The translations under genes and the position numbers were made by a program. A DNA stretch of 64,000 nucleotides from Eledone cirrhosa (Eukaryota). Positions 26,111-36,004 of the stretch are shown piece after piece (the stretch's first letter is position 1; each line of letters starts with the position of its first letter). Under the pieces are notes generated by a model. It was not told the origin of the DNA. It saw nothing but the letters and a program-made list of their open reading frames with translations, and did not search any database. The DNA is taken from positions 262,260,001 through 262,324,000 of the forward strand of contig OZ024743.1 of the NCBI GenBank assembly GCA_964016885.1, read 5' to 3'.

Positions 26111-26793
26111 AGTTCTAAGGTTTTCATTGACGGAAGAACAAGATATGAAAAAAGTACCAGTCCAATAATGGGAGTCAATCCCCCCCCCCCCCATCTCTCT
26201 CACTCACACACAGAGATGGGCTTTAAAAAATGCTCAAATACTTTCTGCCACTATAGCCCCAGCCCTCACTCCATCATAAGTTTCTGAGTAAGAAAGAAAA
26301 GAATATCCATGTCACACATATTTTTTCTTTGTCAATTTGTTATTAATGTCATCTAGCAATAGGGCTTTTAGCGGTATTATCTATGGACTTGAGGAAATTA
26401 ATTGAAACTTCGTTACAAATGCTTAACTCAACGTACTAGACTAGATAATAAATATAGTATGTACTTAGAAGGGAGATAACTTTGCAGAATTACATCCCCT
26501 GATAAAACGTTTGTTATAATAATAATAATAATGAAATTATTGTGTACAGTGCTCAGGTGCACTACAACTCATCAAAGGTGCATGTATAGTACATAGAATA
26601 ATGTACAAATGTCAGGAAAATAAACAGTGTATGAGTCATGATATAATAACAATAACAATAATGAAATATTGTGCACAGTGCCCAGGTGCACCACAACCCA
26701 TCAAAAAAGTGCATGTACAGTACATAGGGCAATGCACAAACATCAGTAAAATGAACAGTGCACACATGTGTGCATGTGTATGGAAGGGGCACA

Positions 26794-29559
26794 TCAGGTG
26801 TAGTTTTGGCGTATTTCGGGAAGCATGAGTGTCTTAAAGGATGCAGTGTCTCGGCAGCTAACAATTGACGCAGGCAGTTTGTTCCATGTTTCAGCAACTC
26901 TGAGCGTGAAAAAATGTCTGCGAAAGTCATGGGAGCTGTGCTGTTTTCTTATCTTGTAGGCATGTCCACGTGTGTTAGACACATGGAGATCAAAGAGGCG
27001 CTCAGGGTTGCAGTTGGCGAGATGGTTAAAAACTTTGTGGGTATTCACCAAGTCCACTGCCAGACGTCGGAGCTTCAATGAATCCATGCCCAGGGAAGCA
27101 AGGCGTTCAGAGTATGGTAGGTGTCTGATGGAGGGTATGCGCTTGGTTGCACGTCTCTGAACAGTTTCCAGGAGGTCAATGTTCCGAGCAAGATAGGGGT
27201 TCCAGACTGATGATGCGAATTCCAAGTGTGGTCGCACCATAGCTGTATACAGTTTTAAATAGATGGCTGGAGAGCGGCTAACAAAGGTCTTGCTGAGTGA
27301 TGCCAAGACACCCTCGGCCTTCTTGACAATCTTAGAGACATGCTTTGTCCAATGCAAATCGTTGCTGACAGTAATGCCTAGGTCACGTTCACAAGAGGAC
27401 TTTTTGATGTCAGTGTTGTGGAGGGAGTATGTGGACGCTGGATTTTTCCTTCCAAAATGCATGGTGGTACACTTGTCCACAGCCAGCTTCAGTTGCCAGT
27501 CTGTGATCCATTGCTGCATTGTGTCCAGGTCTGATTGTAGGAAAGAGTTGTAAATTTCAGGATCAGTCCTTTTGATTTCAAGGTACAGCTTGATGTCATC
27601 TGCATATTTTAGTACCGTGGCATTCTGTAAGTTGGCATCTATGTCATTAATATATGCCACAAACAAAAGAGGACCAAGAACAGATCCCTGTGGTACACCA
27701 GATGACATCTCATATGGTGAAGAATGCTGTCCTAGAACCGTGACTACTTCCCTTCGGCTGAGAATGAAGGATTTCAGCCAGTCGAAAAGATCATCCCTCA
27801 CACCCATTGCAGAGAGTTTTGCCATAAGTCTTTTGTGTGGCACAGAATTAAAAGCCTTAGCAAAGTCAAGGTAAACAACATCCACCCATGAGCCGCTGTC
27901 AGTGATCCGGGTGATGTCCTCAAGGAACTCGATAAGCTGATCACAGCAGCTGGAGTTAGGGATAAATCCAAACTGTGATGGCCGGATGAGGCTGTGAGAG
28001 CTCCAGAAGTTCCAAAGTGTTTCTCTGACACAGGATTCCATCAGTTTGGCCATACAGCTAGTAAGACTGACTGGACGATAGTTGACAGGTGACATGCGGT
28101 TGCCCTTTTTGAACAGGGGAATGACACTGGCAGTTTTCCACTGCTCCGGAGTAGCACCATTGCTGAGACAGTATTGAAAGAAAAAAGAAAGCTGGCGCAA
28201 AAGGAAATCCCCGCCACGTTTGAGAAGCAGGTATGTCACACCATCAAGACCAGGGGAGGCATAGTTGCGCTTATTCTTAAGGTGACGTCGCAACATTGCA
28301 GGTGTAAATTCCATAGTTGTTATGGAATTTGATGTTAGAGATGGTGGAGATGGTACATTCTGGTTTTCAACAGTAAAAATACTTGCATAGCACTCAGCAA
28401 TGAGTTCTGCGCATTCCTTGGGATCGTCAGTGATCTGGCTTGTGTGGGGATTGCGAAGAGGACCAACTGGAGAGTGAGGTCTCTGCTTTGAATGAACATA
28501 TTTCCAGAACACCTTACTGTCAGGATTGGTTGCGATGCACTGTTCAAATTCAAGCACTGCCTTCTTTGTCACTTGCTTGAGATGGTTAGAAGATTTATTC
28601 CGCTTTTTTCTGTTGGCATCTGATCTATGCAGTTTATATTCCCGTTCAGCGTTCCGACGTTCTTTCCTGGCAAGTCGGACTGCTGAAGTTTCCCAGATTG
28701 CACTTTTGGGGTGGTTATTTTTCCGCTTCCGTGGCACTGATGCTGCACACGCTATCCATATTGAGTCCAGGATGCTCTGGAGTATAGAGTTCACATCTCC
28801 AGAGTTATACATCTCATGCCAGTTTGGGCGCTGTAGCTCAGTGCAGTACAAGTTCCAATCCGCCCTCTTCCAATCAAAGCAAGCAGATTGGAGATGGCTC
28901 TGGTTTTTGTTGCTGCCCTCAAGTGCCAGATTGGCAATGATCATAGCATGATCAGAGTCGCCTAGAGGTTCCTCAGTAGTACAACTGATAACCACTTCAG
29001 GAGTAGTGGTGAAGATCAGGTCCAAAGTGTTGTCACCTCTTGTTGGAGAGGTGACTACTTGTGACCAGTTTGAGTCCAGCACTAGTTCAAGGAAATCGTT
29101 TGCACCCTGTGGCCAACGAAAGGTTTCCCAATCGATCTCAGGATGATTGAAGTCACCTGCAATAAACACATAAGTGGCTGTTTTCTTGGCAGCAACTCTG
29201 AGGATATCGCAAAGCTGTGTGTCCTGATGGTAGTTTGGGGGGCGATAAACAACACCAAGCAGAAGTGTTGACATGGTCATACGTATGTCACAGAAAAAAA
29301 CTTCTTCCTGTGATTCGTTCAAATCAACGCAAGGAATTACCGAAAAGTTTGAACGAACGTAGACCATCACACCACCACCACGGCGGTTAATGCGGTCCTT
29401 GCGGAAAAGGTTGTACCCAGTAATGGTGAAAACCCCATCACAGAGTAAGGAATGTGCCCATGTTTCCGTGACTGTGATGAAGTCAGGGTCGATGCTTCTG
29501 ACGTAGGATTCGAACAGATGTATCTTGTTGCATAAACTGCGAGCATTTAAGGACAACAA
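26794..29559 (-). CDS. CR1 ORF2: APE endonuclease + reverse transcriptase (frame open upstream through the ORF1 end; no initiating ATG)
   Basis: 921 aa without stops: LNARSL, TETW, GDFN, SDH (APE); NYRPVSLTS, DFAKAF, GVPQGSVLGP, YADD (RT); TRGH..FF..RVAETWNKLP CR1-type C-terminus. Confidence 0.95.
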   Translation of the reverse strand: MLSLNARSLCNKIHLFESYVRSIDPDFITVTETWAHSLLCDGVFTITGYNLFRKDRINRRGGGVMVYVRSNFSVIPCVDLNESQEEVFFCDIRMTMSTLLLGVVYRPPNYHQDTQLCDILRVAAKKTATYVFIAGDFNHPEIDWETFRWPQGANDFLELVLDSNWSQVVTSPTRGDNTLDLIFTTTPEVVISCTTEEPLGDSDHAMIIANLALEGSNKNQSHLQSACFDWKRADWNLYCTELQRPNWHEMYNSGDVNSILQSILDSIWIACAASVPRKRKNNHPKSAIWETSAVRLARKERRNAEREYKLHRSDANRKKRNKSSNHLKQVTKKAVLEFEQCIATNPDSKVFWKYVHSKQRPHSPVGPLRNPHTSQITDDPKECAELIAECYASIFTVENQNVPSPPSLTSNSITTMEFTPAMLRRHLKNKRNYASPGLDGVTYLLLKRGGDFLLRQLSFFFQYCLSNGATPEQWKTASVIPLFKKGNRMSPVNYRPVSLTSCMAKLMESCVRETLWNFWSSHSLIRPSQFGFIPNSSCCDQLIEFLEDITRITDSGSWVDVVYLDFAKAFNSVPHKRLMAKLSAMGVRDDLFDWLKSFILSRREVVTVLGQHSSPYEMSSGVPQGSVLGPLLFVAYINDIDANLQNATVLKYADDIKLYLEIKRTDPEIYNSFLQSDLDTMQQWITDWQLKLAVDKCTTMHFGRKNPASTYSLHNTDIKKSSCERDLGITVSNDLHWTKHVSKIVKKAEGVLASLSKTFVSRSPAIYLKLYTAMVRPHLEFASSVWNPYLARNIDLLETVQRRATKRIPSIRHLPYSERLASLGMDSLKLRRLAVDLVNTHKVFNHLANCNPERLFDLHVSNTRGHAYKIRKQHSSHDFRRHFFTLRVAETWNKLPASIVSCRDTASFKTLMLPEIRQNYT

Positions 29560-29615
29560 TTTGTACCCTGCTCGCAGTCTATGATGGTGTGTAGAGGGTG
29601 GCAGGTTGTTCTGGT

Positions 29616-30989
29616 TTAGTTTCCCAGAGTTGTAGCAGTTTTTACATTGCCAGTTATTGTGGGTAGATCACACTCAGACCAGCTGGTATCTCTCTTCCAC
29701 GTTTCACCCGCCTTGACAAACCTCCAGATCTGCCCATCATCACGCAGACTGAAATTTTCATCTTGTGCTGAGTTCCGATTCAAGGAGGCTGCAGCACGTA
29801 GTTTTGGACGTACATGGGGTGGTAGGCCTGGGCGTGTTCGGAAGGTAATCCGATTTTCACGCCCAGCTTTAGCAGAGGCCAGATGATATGAGGTTGCCTC
29901 TGCGGGGTCCGAGAAAGACAGCCTGATGAGTCTGGGTTTTGGACCAGGTCGACCAAGGCGGAGGGCACCCTTTGGGGGAACACAGCCTAGGTCTTTGGCC
30001 GAGCTGGCAGCAAATGCCTGAAGATCGGCCTTGTCCTCTGGTACCCCAATGGCAATCACTTCATGGGTAGCAGATTCCGCAGTCTTTTCAGTCTTTCCAG
30101 CAAGAGGTACAGGGAGATTCTTTAGCAAGGCATTCCGATAAGACCCCTCATTGTGGGGTCCTACCCGAATGCTTGCCTCTATTCCTGCAACTTCCCTTCT
30201 CAGAGCAGAAATCATTAGTTGCAGTTCCGCAAAATCTGTACTGGTCGGTTGTTGTTGTTGTTGTTGTTGCTGCTGCTGCTGTCGTTGTTGGTGATGATGT
30301 TCCTCCACGGGAATGGCAGGGGAGGACACAGTCGCAGGTTGTTGCTGTTGTTGTTGTTGTTGGTGATGATGATGTTCCTCCACGGGAATGGCAGGGGAGG
30401 ACACAGTCGCAGGTTGTTGCTGTTGTTGTTGTTGGTGATGATGATGTTCCTCCACGGGAATGGTAGGGGAAGACACAGTCACCAGTTGTTGGTGTCGAGA
30501 TGTACTGGGAGTGGAAGACATGGGTTGTTGTTGTTTCTGATGTTCTCCCACAGGAATAACAGTAGAAGCCAGTGTCATAGGTTTTTGCCGTTGTTCAGTA
30601 ACAGTGGTAGAGGAAGACACAGTCATTGGTTTTTGTTGTTGTTGTTGTTTTTCAATAACATTAATAACATTCGTGGAGGCAGGCACACAGGCCAGACACT
30701 GAAAGGACCAGGATTTTAGCTGGACCATCTCCCATATTCCATCCATCATAGCATTATGGTGTCTCTTTTTTTGGCCTGGGATCCTCCGGAAGCCTGTGGC
30801 GCATTGAAGGCAGACAGAGATGCGACAGGTTCCACATTCGACCCAGCGATTACGGAACGAGTTTTCGGGTTCCGCACAGATATGGCAGATGTGATTTTCT
30901 GGGCAATGTTCTATCTTGGGACATCGGCCGGTTTTGTCACATATTTCATCGATGGATATCACCATGGCAATTTTGTTATTTCTACCCAT
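29616..30989 (-). CDS. CR1 ORF1: PHD-like Cys finger, Q/H-rich repeats, coiled coil, RRM-like region
   Basis: First ATG gives MGRNNK (30989). CHIC..WVECGTCRISVCLQC..WSFQCLAC, tandem PATVSSPAIPVEEHHHHQQQ units, LQLMISALRREV, RLGRPGPKPRLIRLSF. Confidence 0.85.
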   Translation of the reverse strand: MGRNNKIAMVISIDEICDKTGRCPKIEHCPENHICHICAEPENSFRNRWVECGTCRISVCLQCATGFRRIPGQKKRHHNAMMDGIWEMVQLKSWSFQCLACVPASTNVINVIEKQQQQQKPMTVSSSTTVTEQRQKPMTLASTVIPVGEHQKQQQPMSSTPSTSRHQQLVTVSSPTIPVEEHHHHQQQQQQQPATVSSPAIPVEEHHHHQQQQQQQQPATVSSPAIPVEEHHHQQRQQQQQQQQQQQPTSTDFAELQLMISALRREVAGIEASIRVGPHNEGSYRNALLKNLPVPLAGKTEKTAESATHEVIAIGVPEDKADLQAFAASSAKDLGCVPPKGALRLGRPGPKPRLIRLSFSDPAEATSYHLASAKAGRENRITFRTRPGLPPHVRPKLRAAASLNRNSAQDENFSLRDDGQIWRFVKAGETWKRDTSWSECDLPTITGNVKTATTLGN

Positions 30990-32138
30990 CCGTAGAAAAA
31001 CACAGAATGTAAACAATATAGGTTTAGCGCACTTGATTACGATAGAAATAAAATGTCTGTTTTTTTGTGTATTTTGTTTCCGTTTTCCTAAATGTTGTGT
31101 GTGTACAGAAGAGTCTGAATTACATTACATGTAAACAAATAAATATGCTGCGTAAGTTAAATGAAACGTACTGTAGAAGGCAGTTGTTTATTAACAGCGA
31201 AATAAGGTTTTTTAGTATTTAAGTATTCTGTCGTCGTCATATTAGTCGCTTTGGGTGATGAAGGGATGATTACATAGGCAGAAGACGGCTAATGAGAGTG
31301 ATTGAGTAGTGTTCAAGCCTTCATGAAGGGAATTAACTTTAGTTTAGAATCGGATTAGGTTTGCTGAAATGTTTAGCTTCAGAATATGTTAGTACGTCCA
31401 ATCTGTGTCAGTATGGAAAGCAGACATTTAAATGATGATGATATTATTAGTAAAAACCTTATTGCATTCTTGTTGCCTTATGAGCCATTTAAAAATTAAA
31501 ATATTTTTTTTTACACAAAATACAAGTTTAGTTGATAGGAATGAGATTGAGAAACTAGGTTTACATGTGGCACAATCCTGGCAAGAACACAAGTCAAATG
31601 ACTATAGCTACTATATATAAAACTAGGAGCAATAACACATTTTACAAATATCCTTATTTCTATTTTCACTCATAAATACATAGTTTTATTAATGATATAT
31701 GTTAAAGATTTCAATTATGTCATCAATTTTGCTCCTTTAAGTTTGTTTAAATCGGCTGTATCCGGCCAGAATTCTCTCACCTCTTTCTGTTCAAACTGGT
31801 TGTAACTGGCCACTCATACTGACGTTAAGGCATTGTTCTCAAAATAAATATCAAAATCGCATAGATTCGATATTATGTGAGGTAAAGCCTTTACCATGAA
31901 AATAAAATAGTAAATATAGAGTAATGTAAATTCTAAAGAGCTAAAGTATAACATTTAATGTTAAAGATTTTGATTGTAACTTGAATTTTGTTCCATCGTT
32001 AAGGTTGTTAAATGAATAACACTTGAACACATTGTGACAAGCAGAACCATATATATTTTGCTTTTATCTGATGCTGCATGTGTTTTAACAATATGCCTAG
32101 ATTCCATAATTTTTTTAAAATCCTTTGCACACCTCTAG

Positions 32139-32298
32139 GGTTACCTCTATGCTGTTGGTGGCAATGATGGATCAACCTCACTGGATAGTTGTGAGAGATA
32201 CAACCCACTAACTAACAAATGGACCACAATTGCTTACATGAACAAAAGGCGGGCAGGTGCTGGAGTCACCGTGCTCAATGGAATGGTGTATGTTGTTG
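32139..32298 (+). CDS. KLHL8: KLHL8-like exon D, kelch repeat 4
   Basis: CCTCTAG|...|GTGAGT, 160 nt, phase 0-1. GYLYAVGGNDGSTSLDSCERYNPLTNKWTTIAYMNKRRAGAGVTVLNGMVYVV(G). Confidence 0.93.
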
Positions 32299-32929
32299 GT
32301 GAGTTTTACTGTCTTTGTATTTTTAGAATCACTAATAAAATGTTTTCTTCATTGTTACAGGAAACTCAGATGCAGAAAATAACTGTAAACACAGTTGGTT
32401 TCTATAAACAATAACTTCGAAAATCAAGTAAAATATCTCTATTGATGGAAAAATGTGAGCAGCGCTCACTACAAAAAATTGAACTTCATATCTTTCAGAT
32501 ATCAGTTGACTGTTCTAACCATTGACCTAAACAGCCCCTAATGAAAGTTTGATACTTTTCATATATATATATATATATATATATCTAGGGCAGGTAAAAT
32601 TCCTGAGATCCATGAACAAGTTCATCATTGTTGCAGTACCCCACATCTCCCAGAGACCAATGTCAGTCCTTGGGGTATCAACATATGTCATCCTCAGTCT
32701 CCATCTTCCAGGAGGATGCTGAAGATGGCTCTGAACATTAATCAATATGCACTGAGGATGAAGAATTCAGAGCTGCATGGGAGCCCCCCCCCCCCCCCCC
32801 CCCAGTCAGCTCAAAAGTGACACAGAGGAGACTGAGGTGAGCTGGACATCTTCACTGACATTCAGAGTTGACACTGCACTTAGTGGTCTTGTAGGAGCCC
32901 TTACATAGACACACTGAATGTGTATATAT

Positions 32930-33742
32930 ATAATAATAATAATAATAATGAAATTATTGTGTAAAGTGCTCAGGTGCACCACAACTCGTCAATATAGTAC
33001 ATAGAATAATACACAAATGTCAGGGAAGTACATGTGTGTATGTGTTAGCTGTAGTGTTGGCGGATCTCGGGAAGCATGGAGGCTTTAAAGGATGCAGTGT
33101 CTCGACAGCTAACAACTGATGCAGGTAGTTTGTTCCATGCTTCAGCAACTCTGAGCGTGAAAAAATGTTTCCGAAAGTCATGGGAACTGTGCTGTTTTCT
33201 TACTTTGTGGGCATGTCCACGTGTATTAGACACATGGAAATCAAAAAGGTACTCAGGGTTGTTGTTGGCAACATGGTTAACAATTTTGTGGGTGTTTACC
33301 AAGTCAGTTGCCAGGCGTCGGAGCTTCAATGAATCCATGCCCAGGGAAGCAAGGCGCTCAGAGTATGGTAGATGCCTGATGGAGGGTATTTGCTTGGTTG
33401 CACGTCTCTGAACAGTTTCCAGGCGGTCAATGTCCTGAGCAAGATAGGAGTTCCAGACTGGTGATGCAAATTCTAAGTGTGGTCGCACCATAGCTGTATA
33501 CAGCCTTAAATAGATATCTGGAGAGCGGCTGACAAAGGTCTTGCTGAGTGATGCTAAGACACCCTCGGCCTTCTTGACAATTTTAGAGACGTGCCTCGTC
33601 CAACGCAAATCGCTGCTGACCGTAATGCCCAGGTCACGTTCGCAGGAAGACTTCTTGATATTAGTGCTGTGGAGGGAGTATGTGGACGCTGGGTTTTTAC
33701 TCCCAAAATGCATGGTGGTGCACTTGTCCACAGCTAGCTTGA
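32930..33742 (-). mobile_element. CR1-group LINE 3' fragment
   Basis: Track ORF 33045..33731; 3' UTR has the same shortened form as 57520-57630; (TTA)n tail. Confidence 0.92.
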
Positions 33743-34408
33743 GTTATGTGGTAGCTGTGGGTCAAATATTTTTGTCTTAATAGTGACCAAATTTAGCCAA
33801 TTAGATTAACCAACAAGGTTAATTCTATTCAAACACAAACATAACGGTGTAATTCATCAAGATTATCCTTTAATGTCTATTTTCCCTAACTAGCAAGGGT
33901 TGGATAGGTTATCACAGACTAGGTTAGTACTTAATCAGAGGTACTTACCTATAGGTTGGGCTGCAGGAAGGGCGAGGGGGGAGGGGGGGGGGGCTCATCC
34001 TGCTTACATGTGGTCTTTTCTTTTGCTGAGTACACTGGCTGCATTTTATCATGGCACTAATACTAAAGAAGTTGTAAGGCATTTGACACAACTGAAGTGT
34101 CCTCTCAACCTTTTGTTTGACAAGTTGTCTATGACTAGATGCTCTTTTTGAATGTACTGGGTGTGTTTTATCTTGTCACCAACACTAGAGACATAGTCAT
34201 GCCTTTGACACAACTGCAGAGCTCTGTTGACTCTTTTTTTCTGTGATTTCTATGGCTAGATGCGCCACCCACTTCCAACCATTTTACAGGGTGTACTAGA
34301 TGCATTTTATCATGTCATCAACATGATAGGTATTATCTTAGGAGTCATCTTCTCACCCTAGTTATGTTATTGAGTGAATTGTATTTAGTCACCTTTGCTA
34401 TATTTCAG

Positions 34409-34610
34409 GTGGTTTCGATGACAATGCTCCACTACACTCTATGGAACGTTACGATCCAGCATCTGATTCATGGACGTTGATGCCATCAATGTCATGTTGC
34501 CGGGGAGGAGTCGGTGTTGCTACGCTTGGAGGTAAAATTTTCGCTGTCGGTGGCCATGATGGATCCAGTTACTTGAATTCTGTTGAGACCTTTGATCCAA
34601 GTACTGGGAA
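34409..34610 (+). CDS. KLHL8: KLHL8-like exon E, kelch repeats 5-6
   Basis: ATTTCAG|...|GTAAGT, 202 nt, phase 1-2. (G)GFDDNAPLHSMERYDPASDSWTLMPSMSCCRGGVGVATLGGKIFAVGGHDGSSYLNSVETFDPSTG(K). Confidence 0.93.
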
Positions 34611-34639
34611 GTAAGTGGACTGTTTCTACCATCCTCTGC

Positions 34640-34922
34640 CTCCTCATCATCATTGCCACCACCACCACCACCATCATCGCCACCACCACCACCACCATCA
34701 TCATCACCACCACATCCTCCATCAACACCATCCTACCTATCCTCACTACCATCATCATCATCATTACTATCTTCATCACTATCATAAATCATCAATTCCA
34801 CCACCATCACCAGCTCCACCATTATCATTACTTCATCACTATCATCATCAACACCACCACCACCACCACAATCATAATCGACATCACAATCATCACCAGC
34901 ATCATTACCACCGCCATCATAA
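34640..34922. repeat. (CAT/CAC)n compound microsatellite just after the exon E donor
   Basis: Directly visible; it generates the spurious poly-H/T/I ORFs in the track. Confidence 0.9.
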
Positions 34923-35079
34923 TTATTTTCTCTTTTTTTGCTGTTTTTACCCAATCAATTGATGAGCTTTTACTTGTAACCTAAGGCAAGAGAAGCTAAC
35001 TCAGTGAGTAGTTTCTTTTAGCTACCTGTATAGGTGGGTGCCATAAAAGTACATTATTTACTGGAAGATTTATCCACTC

Positions 35080-35305
35080 AGGGTGAGGAGATTGGTTGTA
35101 TCAGTAGAGCATCGGACAAAATGCTTTGCAGCATTTAGTTATGGCCCTTTATGTTCTGAGTTCAAATCCCAACGAGGTTAGCTTTGCCTTTCATCCTTAC
35201 GGGGTCGATAAAATAAAGCACCGGTAAGTACTGGGTTCGATTTAATCGACTTTCCCCTCCCCTTCAAATTGCTGGCCTTATACCTATAGTAGAAATCATT
35301 ATTTA
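35080..35305 (+). mobile_element. SINE family B copy
   Basis: ..TCTGAGTTCAAATCCC..GAGGTTAGCTTTGCCTTTCATCCTTACGGGGTCGATAAAATAA..GCTGGCCTT..AGTAGAAATCATTATT. Confidence 0.8.
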
Positions 35306-35340
35306 CTGGAAGAAATGTTCTGTCCATATAACCTAGTATA

Positions 35341-35376
<36 letters not shown>

Positions 35377-35380
35377 GATA

Positions 35381-35704
35381 TTAAACAAATGGAAACTATA
35401 TTTATAAAACCATATTTATTTCATTATATATATGGTATGCCTTCCTCAGACAAAATACAATATATAAACCATTTTATAAATAAATTTGACATACCTAGAA
35501 CAGTGCAACTTCCATTTAAATCAACTTCCAAATCAACTTTTTAAATGGAAGTTGCACTGTTCTAGGTATGTCAAATTTATTTATAAAACGGTTTATATAT
35601 TGTATTTTGTCTGAGGAAGGCATACCATATTTTTAATATGGTATCCCTGAAATATATATAATGAAATAAATATGGTTTTATAAATATAGTTTCCATTTGT
35701 TTAA
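35381..35704. repeat. Long inverted repeat (arms about 140 bp) carrying a hammerhead motif; Penelope-like terminal repeat
   Basis: TTAAACAAATGGAAAC...CTTCCATTTAAA is mirrored by TTTAAATGGAAG...GTTTCCATTTGTTTAA; the left arm lacks about 23 nt. Confidence 0.9.
35603..35668 (+). ncRNA. Type I hammerhead ribozyme motif
   Basis: tattttgt-CTGAGGA-aggcataccatat tttta atatggtatccct-GAAA-tatatat-A-atgaaata: 8-bp stem I (two G-U), stem II 12/13 paired, palindromic AU stem III. Confidence 0.6.
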
Positions 35705-36004
35705 ACCTACTCCAAAATCTGTTGAGTGCTTTTATATCAGTTATAAAATATTTACTCGTTGTAACCCTACAATTTTAAATAAAAGTTTTGCATATATATA
35801 TATTCTATACTATGTATATATGTCTCTCCACCACTCCCCTACACACCTTTTGAACTCTGTTCCCACACACTTCTCACCTGAGGAAGGGCTTATGCCCGAA
35901 ACGTCGTCCCCCACCTACCCCCCACTCCCCTGAGCGTGAAATTAATAAACATTTATTGTACTGCCTCTCTGTTTTGTCCCTGTTCAAATTTTTCCATTAT
36001 ATAT

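Larger units (their letters stand above)
26516..31206 (-). mobile_element. Full-length CR1-group LINE with intact ORF1 and ORF2
   Basis: 5' UTR homologous to 53273-53494; ORF1, ORF2, 3' UTR and (TTA)n tail present; a second 3' tail copy occupies 26516-26640. Confidence 0.95.

Noticed and set aside
34492-34984. Poly-His/Thr/Ile/Met ORFs
   Set aside because: They are translations of a (CAT/CAC)n microsatellite; the real coding part is exon E in another frame.
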